64,000 nucleotides of DNA from Myxococcota bacterium (GTDB lineage: Bacteria; Myxococcota_A; UBA796; CAJQPC01): assembly GCA_036012755.1 (NCBI GenBank), contig DASCPX010000014.1, forward strand, positions 32,001-96,000. Reading direction: 5' to 3'. The position numbers were made by a program, and so were the translations under genes. Below, piece by piece: positions 18,693-27,341 of the stretch; position 1 is the first letter of the stretch, and the number at the start of each line of letters is the position of its first letter. The notes beneath the pieces were generated by a model. The model was not told where the DNA came from, did not search any database, and saw nothing but the letters and a program-made list of their open reading frames with translations.

Positions 18693-19940
18693 TCAGAGTC
18701 CCACCTCTCGCAGGGCCCGGTGCAGCGCCTCGGACTCCTCGCTCATTCGAGACGCGGCCAGCGCGAGGCTGCGGCTGAGGGGGAGGTCCTCGAGGAAGGC
18801 GTCGGTGTTGGTGCCGAAGCTGTTGCCGTCGGCCCACAAGGCGATCTCGCGAGGGCTGGCGACGTCCATCGCGGCCCGGACCTCTGGCCAGCGCTCGAAG
18901 ACGGCGAGGCAGAGCACCGCCTGCTCCCCGGACACGGCGGGCAGGGCCCCAGCCGCTCGCAGGAAGCGCAGCTTGGTGAAGACCTTCGAGACGAGTCGGG
19001 GGTTGCGCAGGTCCGGGACGGCGAGCGCCCCGGCGGCGTCCTGGACCTTCAACCCCAGGGCGATCTCGCCGTGGTCGGCGAGCACCGGTCGGCGACACTC
19101 CCCGTCGATCAGCGCTTGGAGCATCGCGTCGGACAAGGGCGGGATGTCGACGCGCAGATCGAACATCTTGTCGAGGTAGCGCTCCGCGTCGAAGTCGTCC
19201 GTCCGGTAGAAGGCGCGGACTCCCTCCTTCGCGAGATCGGGGTCCATGGCCACGACGAAGGTGGCGCTCGCGCCGGCGCTGACGAGGAACCGCAGGGCCT
19301 GCAGGAGCGCGACCTGCCGCTCCGGGAGGCAACGGTCGAGGTCGTCGACGAGGATGAAGACACGGCCCCCCACCCCGCGGATCTCTGGCGGGCAGGCGGC
19401 GTCGACCAGCTGCCGGAAGGCATCGCCCATCTGCGCGACCGGATCGCCGGGATCGTCCGCGGTCAAGGCGCCGAAGGCATGAGCCGCCGCTGGCGCCGCC
19501 GCCTCGAGCAGGGGGGCTCCGGGGATGCCCAGCAAGGCCCCGGCCTTCGCCCCGAAGCCGAGCCCGGCGCGGATGACTGTCGGACCGTGGATCTTCGACG
19601 CCTCCAGCGCAGCGCCGCCGCGGGTCCGTGCACGGTCCTGCAGCCTGAGCACGACAGGGGTGAGCAGGTCGGGCGTGCCGTACTGCCAGGGGTTGATCCA
19701 CACAGCGCGGTCCACCACGCCCGGGGGTCGCTCCGGCTGGTAGGTGACCTGCGCGAGACGAGCCAGCACGTCGGTCTTTCCGCGTCCCCAGGTGCCCTGC
19801 AGCGCGATCACCGCCCCCGGCGGAAGCTGGCGGGCAAAGCCGATGATGCGCCGCGCCTGGCGCTCGTGCCCGAGAGCATCGGGGGGAAGGCTGACGGTGT
19901 CAGCGTCGAAGCTCGCTTGAGAGAGGAAGTCGTTCGCCAT
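18693..19940 (-). CDS. KAP-family P-loop NTPase
   Basis: IALQGTWGRGKT, WINPWQY, ILVDDLDRCLPE, YLDKMFD, NPRLV. Confidence 0.9.
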   Translation of the reverse strand: MANDFLSQASFDADTVSLPPDALGHERQARRIIGFARQLPPGAVIALQGTWGRGKTDVLARLAQVTYQPERPPGVVDRAVWINPWQYGTPDLLTPVVLRLQDRARTRGGAALEASKIHGPTVIRAGLGFGAKAGALLGIPGAPLLEAAAPAAAHAFGALTADDPGDPVAQMGDAFRQLVDAACPPEIRGVGGRVFILVDDLDRCLPERQVALLQALRFLVSAGASATFVVAMDPDLAKEGVRAFYRTDDFDAERYLDKMFDLRVDIPPLSDAMLQALIDGECRRPVLADHGEIALGLKVQDAAGALAVPDLRNPRLVSKVFTKLRFLRAAGALPAVSGEQAVLCLAVFERWPEVRAAMDVASPREIALWADGNSFGTNTDAFLEDLPLSRSLALAASRMSEESEALHRALREVGL

Positions 19941-19993
19941 GTCACGTTTCTATCCCGAGCGGCGGACAAGATCTGACCGCGGCCCGCGCTCGT

Positions 19994-19999
19994 TAGTCT
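19994..19999 (+). promoter_or_regulatory. Putative -10 hexamer TAGTCT, 6 nt before GTG 20006
   Basis: Recurrent motif. Confidence 0.4.
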
Positions 20000-20005
20000 G
20001 GAGAT

Positions 20006-21067
20006 GTGCCACGCATCATCGACAAGCTGGACGCAGCCGCCGGACGCACCCCCGTTTTCCTCGACCTCGGGATCGACTATTCGACGCCGCGACCGGGCCC
20101 GAAGGCGCTGATCAAGCCCGACGGGACCTACGAAGCAGGCTGGTTCCACGACTTCGACGGCGACTGGAACCTGGACGACAGCTCTGCCTTCGACATCGCC
20201 CTGCAGCGCTGGGTCCACCTCACCTTCGACGCCCCCGATCACTTCATCGTCTGCAACCTCGCGAACCTGACGCGGGCGAGCAACACGGCGCTCCTGGTCG
20301 CCAACAAGCGCACGGGCGAGTTCCACCACGCCAGCCTGACCCACCTCTACCCCCAGGACACGGTCAGGGTGGAGCCCCCCTTCACCCACTGGCGCGACTC
20401 GGAGACCGGCAGCTTCGTGCGCATCGGGGACGACCTCTCCGTGGAGCTGGCGATCAACGCCGACGGCCTCCACTTCGTGGCCACGGCGCGCCACGCCCTC
20501 GGCCCCCCGCTGATCCAGGCCAGCCGCTTCCAGCGAGGCCGCGGAGCCATCCAGTGGTACCGGATCCTGGAGCTGGAGCGAGGGCTGTTGGCGGTCGGCG
20601 ACCGGGTCGTCGAGCTGCCAGCCGGCACGATGGGGACCTGCGACCGCACCATCGGGCACCAGCGCGGGGTGCAGGCATGGAACTGGGTGGCCGGGGTCGG
20701 CACCGCCGTGGACCTCGAGACCGGCGAGCGCACCCGGCTCGGTGTGCAGATCGCCAAGGACCGCCACCTCGCGCGGCCCCAGGTTCCGAACAAGAAGTAC
20801 CTGATCTGGACCGAGGATCGGCTCTTCAAGCTCGGCGAGGTGGACTTCTCCTACGAGCACGGCAGCGACTGGCGCATCCACGGGGATGACCTCGACTTCC
20901 GCTTCGTCCCCGCCTTCCACCGCCACGAGGAGAAGCGGCTGGTGCTCGTTCGAGCCGACTTCCACCAGTTCTACGGGGAGCTCTCGGGCACGGTGCGCGT
21001 GGGGGGCCGTCGTCTCCGACTCGAGCCCTGCTTCGCCGTGACCGAGGAGTCGCTGCTCGAGCTGTGA
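20006..21067 (+). CDS. Hypothetical protein, DUF2804-like beta-rich protein
   Basis: GC3-rich ORF; WNWVAG and DFHQFYGELSGTV...AVTE resemble DUF2804. Confidence 0.6.
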   Translation: MPRIIDKLDAAAGRTPVFLDLGIDYSTPRPGPKALIKPDGTYEAGWFHDFDGDWNLDDSSAFDIALQRWVHLTFDAPDHFIVCNLANLTRASNTALLVANKRTGEFHHASLTHLYPQDTVRVEPPFTHWRDSETGSFVRIGDDLSVELAINADGLHFVATARHALGPPLIQASRFQRGRGAIQWYRILELERGLLAVGDRVVELPAGTMGTCDRTIGHQRGVQAWNWVAGVGTAVDLETGERTRLGVQIAKDRHLARPQVPNKKYLIWTEDRLFKLGEVDFSYEHGSDWRIHGDDLDFRFVPAFHRHEEKRLVLVRADFHQFYGELSGTVRVGGRRLRLEPCFAVTEESLLEL

Positions 21068-21516
21068 TCACCTTCTTGATCGCCTGTTCGCAGAGCTGCC
21101 CCGAGGGCGGCGTCGACCCGGCGCGACAGGCGGGCCTCGAGGCGATGGGCGAGCCCCTCGGCGAGGTCTGCTTCGGCGACCGGAACGTGCTCATCGGCGA
21201 GGTCATCGTCTTCGACGCCGCATGGGACGACCCCTCGCTCGTCGCGAAGGGCGAGCACCTCCTCGCCCACCGAGCGATGTCCGAGCCCGAGCCTGGCAGC
21301 CCGGAGTGCCTGGAGTCGTGGATCGCCTACGAGACAGAGGGCTGGACCCGTGAGCTCGAGAGGCGCCGGGGCCTCGGGTTGCCGGCGATCTACCCCTTCG
21401 AGGCCGGCTGGCGGGACTCCACGGTGTCGATCCGGGACTGGCTGGTGGAGCATCCAGAGGGGGGGAGCGGCGTCGATCCCCTCTTGGCCAGCTACGAGGA
21501 GCGCTGCAAGGAGTAG
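21064..21516 (+). CDS. Putative lipoprotein (150 aa)
   Basis: GTGA overlap with the upstream gene; MITFLIAC; HLLAH segment. Confidence 0.7.
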   Translation: MITFLIACSQSCPEGGVDPARQAGLEAMGEPLGEVCFGDRNVLIGEVIVFDAAWDDPSLVAKGEHLLAHRAMSEPEPGSPECLESWIAYETEGWTRELERRRGLGLPAIYPFEAGWRDSTVSIRDWLVEHPEGGSGVDPLLASYEERCKE

Positions 21517-21539
21517 ACTTGCGTCAACCGGAGGCAGCC

Positions 21540-21959
21540 GTGTTCCAACTCCTCATCCCGCTGGCCTTCGCCGACGCGGTCTCCTTCGACTCCAGCCTCG
21601 ACTGCCCGCGCGGGAGCACGATCACCGCCTCCCACATCGGCAGCTGGTGCCTGCCCAACGAGTGCGACGCGAACGAGTGCAACGAGGGGGCATGTGTCGC
21701 GGACGTCGGGCTCTGCGTCACTCGGGAAGAGGTCGCCTGCGGGGGCCGGGTCGCCGACTCCGCCGACTGCACCTTCGAGAAGGTCGAGGCCCACAAGACC
21801 TGCGACGAGCAGAGCGACTGCACCACCGGCACCTGCGAGACCGCCGACCGCTGTGCGACGGCGAAGCAGCGGGCCTGCGGAGGCTGCGCGACGACCGGCG
21901 CCGTCGGGCTCGGGGCGCTCCTGCTGGCCTTCGCGGGGGTCCTGAGGAGGAGGTCGTAA
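21540..21959 (+). CDS. Small Cys-rich secreted protein with MYXO-CTERM-like anchor
   Basis: GGAGG before GTG; short signal; many Cys; C-terminus GGCATTGAVGLGALLLAFAGVLRRRS. Confidence 0.75.
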   Translation: MFQLLIPLAFADAVSFDSSLDCPRGSTITASHIGSWCLPNECDANECNEGACVADVGLCVTREEVACGGRVADSADCTFEKVEAHKTCDEQSDCTTGTCETADRCATAKQRACGGCATTGAVGLGALLLAFAGVLRRRS

Positions 21960-22351
21960 TCCACATCCTCGTCGCCTTGTCGTGGGGAGACGCCATCCCG
22001 GGCGCACCGACCGACTGTCCGGCTGGATCGATGGGCATGAGCTCCCACTCGGGCGCCTACTGCGAGCTGATGTCCGATGACGCCTGTCTCTGCGTCGTGG
22101 CCGAAGAGGTCCCCTGCGGCTTCTTGCGCCCGATCGAAGCGCCACCCTGCACAGAGGCCCGAAAGCGGGTGACCGGGGCCTGCGCTGCGGACGGCTCCTG
22201 CACGGAGGGTGTCTGTGCCTCTGTCGCGGCCTGCGCGGCGGCTCCCGAGAAGAAGGAGCCGGCGAAGACCGACGACGAGGGCTGCAGTCACGTACCTCTG
22301 AGCGGGGCGTTGGGGCTCGGTCTCTTGATGCTCGCCACCCGCCGCAGGTGA
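21956..22351 (+). CDS. Paralogous Cys-rich secreted protein with MYXO-CTERM-like anchor, no canonical start codon
   Basis: IHILVALSWGDA signal; DCPAGS...SHSG..C matches the upstream paralog; C-terminus EGCSHVPLSGALGLGLLMLATRRR. Confidence 0.65.
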   Translation, partial: VIHILVALSWGDAIPGAPTDCPAGSMGMSSHSGAYCELMSDDACLCVVAEEVPCGFLRPIEAPPCTEARKRVTGACAADGSCTEGVCASVAACAAAPEKKEPAKTDDEGCSHVPLSGALGLGLLMLATRRR

Positions 22352-22690
22352 TCAGAACAACACGAGCCCCACGGCGAAGCTGAGCGCGTTCGCGACCAGG
22401 GCCACCGTGAACCCGGCCTTGAAGCCGAGCTTGCCCCAGTGGCCGATGATGAGGCCTTCGATCAGCACCACGGAGGCCTCGATCAGCGCCAGTCGGGCGT
22501 AGGGATCCCAGTGAAAGAGGTCCTGGTTGACCGTCCAGGCGAAGGGATGGGTCAGAAGCGTCACGGCCGGAAGGACCAGGAGCAGCCGGCGCCAGTTTTG
22601 CACCTCGAAGCGCGCCAGCTTCACGAGGCCCACCGCGACGGGGACTTCTACGGCGAGGCTGATCAGGAGCGCGAGGAGCTGGTCACTCAC
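22352..22690 (-). CDS. Small integral membrane protein (112 aa)
   Basis: Four hydrophobic segments; LTHPFAW, IEASVVLIEG, ANALSF. Confidence 0.75.
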   Translation of the reverse strand: MSDQLLALLISLAVEVPVAVGLVKLARFEVQNWRRLLLVLPAVTLLTHPFAWTVNQDLFHWDPYARLALIEASVVLIEGLIIGHWGKLGFKAGFTVALVANALSFAVGLVLF

Positions 22691-23366
22691 CCGCGACGGT
22701 CATCAGGTAGGCGCTGCCGCAGTCGGCGTTGGCGATGGCACCGACGACGACCTCGTAGACACCGCCGTCGTCCGGACCGCTGGAGTCCTCGAGGACCAGC
22801 GAGACCGTGCCCGAGCCGAAGTCCTCGTCGACGAGTCCGAGCTCCTCCGAGCCATCGGTCGACAGGCGGTTCACTGTCAGCTTGTAGGTTGCGTTCGCCG
22901 GGATGTTGGCCAGGGTCACGGTCACTGGAAAGGCGTCGCCGTACCAGTTGTCCTCGACGTAGAAGCTGAAGCGGTCGTCGTCCGCGTTGTTGTGCAGGAA
23001 GGCCACGGCCGCGTGCCCGGAGGTGGCCTCCAGCGTGCCCAGGTCATGGGGATCGTCGTCGTTGGGCTCGTAGGGATCCTCGTCCACGGCGTCCTCGTCG
23101 AGCTCGCCGTCGCAGTCGTCGTCGTCGCCGTCGCAGGTGTCGGTGGCGCCGGGGCGGACGCTGCTGTCCTCGTCGTCGCAGTCCCCTTCGTTCTCGCTCC
23201 AGCCGTCGCCGTCGTCGTCCCTGTCGAGGGGGTCCAGCTGCTCGCCGGTGTCGCCGGTGTCACCTGGGCTCGCGCTGTCGTCGGCCGGAGTGGGGTCATC
23301 GCCGCCGGAGTCGACGAGCCCTCCAGAGGCCGAGAAACCGCACGACAGCAGCGACATGAGCACCAT
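22683..23366 (-). CDS. Putative lipoprotein with DCDD (MopE-like putative metal-binding) motif and PPC-like C-terminal domain
   Basis: MVLMSLLSC; DDDGDGW...GDCDD...PGATDTCDGDDDDCDG; DPYEPND. Confidence 0.78.
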   Translation of the reverse strand: MVLMSLLSCGFSASGGLVDSGGDDPTPADDSASPGDTGDTGEQLDPLDRDDDGDGWSENEGDCDDEDSSVRPGATDTCDGDDDDCDGELDEDAVDEDPYEPNDDDPHDLGTLEATSGHAAVAFLHNNADDDRFSFYVEDNWYGDAFPVTVTLANIPANATYKLTVNRLSTDGSEELGLVDEDFGSGTVSLVLEDSSGPDDGGVYEVVVGAIANADCGSAYLMTVAGE

Positions 23367-23382
23367 CCGGCCTCTCTATCTC

Positions 23383-24369
23383 TCAGGAACCCGCTGTGCT
23401 CATGGCGAGGAGGATCGCGTTCCCCAGCCCTCCCCCGGTGGCGTACCAGCTCCCCCCTCGGGCGGGCACCGGGAGACCGAAGAGACGAGCCGTGCGGAGG
23501 TTGCGCAGGTAGCTGTCGCGGTCACCGTGCAAGCGCGCCCCGGCCAGCGAGAAGCCAGTCGGCGACACGCCGATCCCAAACAACACGGGCCCCGAGTCGA
23601 TGTCGCCGTGGCCATCGACGCCCACGGGGTATTCCCGCACCCCACCGAAGGGTCCGAGGTGTCGCTGCCGGTCCTCGAGCGCGCGGTAGAGCTCGGCGCT
23701 GAGCTCCGGATCGGCGTAGTGGGCGAAGTAGACCGCGAAGGCCGTGCCGGACCCGCGGGGGAGGTCCCTGGGTGAACCGTCGACGGCGCTGAGCGCCTGG
23801 TAGAGCATCCCCGAGTCGGGGTCGATCGCGACTTCGCGAAAGGCTGGCAGCCAGGCCTGCACCGCTTCGCCATGACCCGCCACCGTGAGCGCCGCAGCGA
23901 CCACAGCGATGTCCGGCGGGTAGACCTCTCCGGGGTAGGTCTGGAGCTCGTACACGGGGCCGTCGAGGTCAGCGAGCAGCGCCTCGGTCATCGCATCGAG
24001 CTCTGCTTCGTGGGCAAAGTCCCTGTCGATCTGCTGGTGTCGGGCCAGGGCCAGGGCGCTGTAGCCGACGTAGGCGGCGCCGAACTCGTCTCGACCCCAG
24101 CGAGCAGCGCCGAAGCTCCGCGAGTCCGGCGAGGCCAGCCAGGCGCTGCAGGTCCGCACGGCTGGCAGGTAGCGCTCAGCGGTGTCGGGGAACCGCTCGA
24201 TCACCTGCACCAGGCCCAGGACGCTCATCTGGCAGGCGCCGAGGTCCCACTCGCCTGCGAAGAGCGGATCCGAGGGAGCCAGCCCGGTCGGAGCCACGTC
24301 GCCCTTCGAGATGGCCCAGTCGGCGACCGCGACCGCTCCCCCCTTCCAGGGCGGTACCCTCTCGCTCAT
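23383..24369 (-). CDS. Linalool dehydratase/isomerase-like (alpha/alpha barrel) protein
   Basis: LQTYPGEVYPPD, PRGSGT, VREYP, GDIDSGPVLFGIGVSPTGF, LGNAILLAM; GGAGG 8 nt before ATG 24369. Confidence 0.6.
   Translation of the reverse strand: MSERVPPWKGGAVAVADWAISKGDVAPTGLAPSDPLFAGEWDLGACQMSVLGLVQVIERFPDTAERYLPAVRTCSAWLASPDSRSFGAARWGRDEFGAAYVGYSALALARHQQIDRDFAHEAELDAMTEALLADLDGPVYELQTYPGEVYPPDIAVVAAALTVAGHGEAVQAWLPAFREVAIDPDSGMLYQALSAVDGSPRDLPRGSGTAFAVYFAHYADPELSAELYRALEDRQRHLGPFGGVREYPVGVDGHGDIDSGPVLFGIGVSPTGFSLAGARLHGDRDSYLRNLRTARLFGLPVPARGGSWYATGGGLGNAILLAMSTAGS
24355..24360 (+). promoter_or_regulatory. Putative -10 hexamer TACCCT, 7 nt before ATG 24368, inside the divergent CDS
   Basis: Recurrent motif. 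Confidence 0.4.
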
Positions 24370-25204
24370 GAACCTGTCCTCCGCGGTCGTGACCGTCACC
24401 GGAGCCGGAGGGTTCATCGGCGGCGAGGTCGTGCGACTCGCCCACGCCGCCGGAGCAGAGGTCCACCACACACGTGACCCCGAGGCCATCCTCCAGCTCC
24501 CACCCGACCTCGTGATCCACTGCGCCGCCCCCGTCGATCCATCTCGCGATGCCGACGAGGCCCTCATGCACCGAGGCATCGTCGAGCTCTCCGTCGCTGT
24601 CGCCGAGGCCTGCCGCGAGACCGGTGCCCGCCTCGTGCACGTCGGCACCTGCGAGGAGTACGGCGACGGACCCGCCCCCTTCCGCGAGGACCAGCCGCCG
24701 TCCCCGGTCAGCCCCTACAGCCGGTGCAAGGTCGAGGCGACCCAGAGGCTCCGGCAGATGCCCGGGCTGCGGGTCACCGTCGCGCGCCCCTTCCTCACAT
24801 ATGGGCCGGGTCAGCGGGGTCCACGGCTGATCCCGAGCGCCATCCGCGCCGCGCTGGCATCTCGGACCTTCGAGATGACCGCAGGCACCCAGACCCGGGA
24901 GTTCAACTTCGTAGAGGACATCGCCCGCGGCCTGCTCGCCTGCCGCGACGACCGCGTAGAGGGACTGGTTGTGAACATCGGCGGGGGTCCCGAGCTCCGC
25001 GTCATCGACGTGGTCCGGCGCATCTTCGGGCTCTGCGGCGCCGAGCTGGACCTCATCCGCACCACCCGCGCCCCGCGCATCGGCGAGGTCGAGCGCTTCC
25101 TCGGAGACCACGAACGAGCGAGGCGGCTCCTGGCTCATCAGCCACGAATCGGGCTGGAGGAGGGCCTGGCGCGTACCATCGAGGCCCTTCGATGCGCGGT
25201 GTGA
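24368..25204 (+). CDS. NAD-dependent epimerase/dehydratase (nucleotide-sugar reductase-like)
   Basis: VTGAGGFIG, GTCEEYG, YSRCK, RPFLTYGPGQ, QTREFNFVED. Confidence 0.85.
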   Translation: MNLSSAVVTVTGAGGFIGGEVVRLAHAAGAEVHHTRDPEAILQLPPDLVIHCAAPVDPSRDADEALMHRGIVELSVAVAEACRETGARLVHVGTCEEYGDGPAPFREDQPPSPVSPYSRCKVEATQRLRQMPGLRVTVARPFLTYGPGQRGPRLIPSAIRAALASRTFEMTAGTQTREFNFVEDIARGLLACRDDRVEGLVVNIGGGPELRVIDVVRRIFGLCGAELDLIRTTRAPRIGEVERFLGDHERARRLLAHQPRIGLEEGLARTIEALRCAV

Positions 25205-25563
25205 CCGAACATCCCCTCGCCGTCTTCGCGGACGGACGCGGCTCCCTGCTAAAGGCCCACCCTGGCCGGGTCGAAGGCGAGGTCTACGCGATCGTCGTCA
25301 CCCCCGGCGCCAGCCGAGGACACCACCTCCATCGCCTCACGACCGAGGTCTTCGTGGCGGTCTCGGGCGAGGGCGTCGTCGGCGTGCTCGACCCCGGCAC
25401 CGGCGAAGTGGAGCACATCCCACTGCAGCGGCGCCTCGAGGTCGGCCCTGGCATCGCCCACGCGATCTTCAACCTCGGCGACACGGAGCTGGTGGTCGTG
25501 GCCGCGATGGATCGGCCTCACGACCCCGACGACGTGCTGCGACACGAGGTGCCGGCGCCGTGA
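25201..25563 (+). CDS. Cupin-domain sugar isomerase/epimerase (FdtA/WxcM/RmlC-like)
   Basis: DGRGSL, RGHHLH...E, PGIAHAIFN; GTGA overlap (alternative ATG at 25192). Confidence 0.78.
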   Translation: MTEHPLAVFADGRGSLLKAHPGRVEGEVYAIVVTPGASRGHHLHRLTTEVFVAVSGEGVVGVLDPGTGEVEHIPLQRRLEVGPGIAHAIFNLGDTELVVVAAMDRPHDPDDVLRHEVPAP

Positions 25564-27341
25564 TCCACCTCCTGACGGTGCTCCTCGCGATGGTCGTGGT
25601 CCTTGTCGACGGCAGCCCTGTCACCAAGGCGCTGTTCGTCCTGCCAGCGGTCCTCTGGGCGCCCGGGGTCGGCTTCGCGCGGCGCCTCAGCCAGAGCGCC
25701 TCGAAGCTCCAGCTCCACCTGGACGCTGCCTGGATCAGCATCGTCCTCGCCATCCCCACCCTCCTCATGCTGCGCGCGACAGGCGGCGGCGTGGCGGTCC
25801 TGCTCGGTGTGAGCGCAATCTGGGCCGTGCTCGGCACCGCCTGGGGCTGGCCGCACCGGCGCTCGGAGTCCACGCGCCTGCGCGTCCGCTTCGGCGTCCT
25901 CGCCTCCGTCCTGATGATCGTCATCTGGGCGATGAGCGCCAGGAGCCAGCTGCTGCGCCCGCTGGAGATGTGGTGGCACGCCGAGGGCCTCGAGACGCTC
26001 GCCGAGGACGCGGTGCCCCTCCACTCCGGACCGGGCTGGACCGGCGCCACGGTGATCGGGTGGGAGGAGCTGGGGACCTTGCGCTTCGAAGACGCCGACG
26101 GCCACGGCGGCTCCCTCGTGATCGAGGAGCCCGGCACCATCGCGGTCGCCGTCCGAGGGGATGTCGGCGACATGATGACCATCGGCGGGGACTCCTGGAC
26201 CATCGAGTCCGACCCGACCGTGAACGTGAACGAGGGCCCGGTCCCTCGCTACCTCGACCGCGGCGTCGTGGGGACCGTGTTGGAGGTCGACGCCGGAGAG
26301 CTGGAGATCAAGCTGTCCGGTCGAGGAAACCAGCTCTACGTCATGCCGAGCGTGCACTCCCCGTGGGAGCTCGACGGCGAAGACGAGCTCAAGCTGGTCC
26401 ACTACTACCAGCTGCTCAACATCGTGGAGAACCAGCGCTGGTCGAACGAGATCCTCGCCAGCGAACGCAACATCACGGTCAACCAGCCCCCGCTGTGGAG
26501 CTGGGTCCTGGCCGTCGCGGTGGTGGGTGTGGACAGCGACGTCATTGGAGCGAACCTGCTGTTGTTGTGGGTGCTGGTGCTGCTGGCCGGCACTGGAGTT
26601 CGCCTCCTCGAGCTGGTCGCTCCCAACGCCCCGATCGTCGCGTGGCTGCTCCCGGGGGCGGCCGCCATCGCCCACGGCAAGCTGATGCTGGACCCCGGCT
26701 CCGCGAACTTCCCGGACTCGCTCTACGCGGTCGCCTTCGTGAGTGGCCTCGTAGCGCTCAAGCAGCCGGGGCACTGGCGCTTCGCCGCGATCGCGCTGTT
26801 GGCTGGGCTGTTGCGCTACCCCGGCACCATCGCGCTGAGCATCGCCGCCTGCCTGCTGTGGATGGTCTACCGAGAGCGCGTACTCAAACGCCTCCTGGTG
26901 CTGTGGGGCCTGGTAGCAGCAGTCGCCGCGACCCTGGCTGGCCTGGCGATTGCGCTCGGGGTCTTCGACGAGTGGCTCGACATCTTGTGGTTCGAGACCG
27001 TCCCGGAGCACTTCGACAACAACCAGGAAGCCGACCCCATCTTCGAGCGCCCGCCGGTCTTCTACTGGACCTGGCTGCGCTACACGGGCTTTGGCCTGGT
27101 GCTCGCCTTGCCGGGCCTGTCCCGAGGGGCGCGCTGGGTGCTGGGCTCCGCGCTGGTCTATTCCCTGTTCCTCTGCACGATCGATCACTTCAGCTCCCAC
27201 TACTTCCTGCCGCTGCTGGCCCTGGGCGCGGTCGCCGTGGGCGCCAACGCCGCCCCGATCAAGGGCCCGATCATCCGCACGGTCGTGCCGCTCCTGGCCA
27301 TCGCCGGCTTCGTCGGCTTCGTGATCCTGGGGCACGCGTGA
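25560..27341 (+). CDS. Polytopic membrane protein (593 aa), probable GT-C superfamily
   Basis: Multiple TM segments with a periplasmic beta domain; NQPPLWSW, LRYPG; in a GTGA-coupled sugar operon. Confidence 0.6.
   Translation: MIHLLTVLLAMVVVLVDGSPVTKALFVLPAVLWAPGVGFARRLSQSASKLQLHLDAAWISIVLAIPTLLMLRATGGGVAVLLGVSAIWAVLGTAWGWPHRRSESTRLRVRFGVLASVLMIVIWAMSARSQLLRPLEMWWHAEGLETLAEDAVPLHSGPGWTGATVIGWEELGTLRFEDADGHGGSLVIEEPGTIAVAVRGDVGDMMTIGGDSWTIESDPTVNVNEGPVPRYLDRGVVGTVLEVDAGELEIKLSGRGNQLYVMPSVHSPWELDGEDELKLVHYYQLLNIVENQRWSNEILASERNITVNQPPLWSWVLAVAVVGVDSDVIGANLLLLWVLVLLAGTGVRLLELVAPNAPIVAWLLPGAAAIAHGKLMLDPGSANFPDSLYAVAFVSGLVALKQPGHWRFAAIALLAGLLRYPGTIALSIAACLLWMVYRERVLKRLLVLWGLVAAVAATLAGLAIALGVFDEWLDILWFETVPEHFDNNQEADPIFERPPVFYWTWLRYTGFGLVLALPGLSRGARWVLGSALVYSLFLCTIDHFSSHYFLPLLALGAVAVGANAAPIKGPIIRTVVPLLAIAGFVGFVILGHA

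Noticed and set aside
18685..19701. N-terminal extension of the NACHT ORF, and likewise the extensions of 25970, 28890, 31689 and 43613
   Set aside because: They overlap bona fide upstream genes in another frame and read as low-complexity sequence; starts were reassigned.
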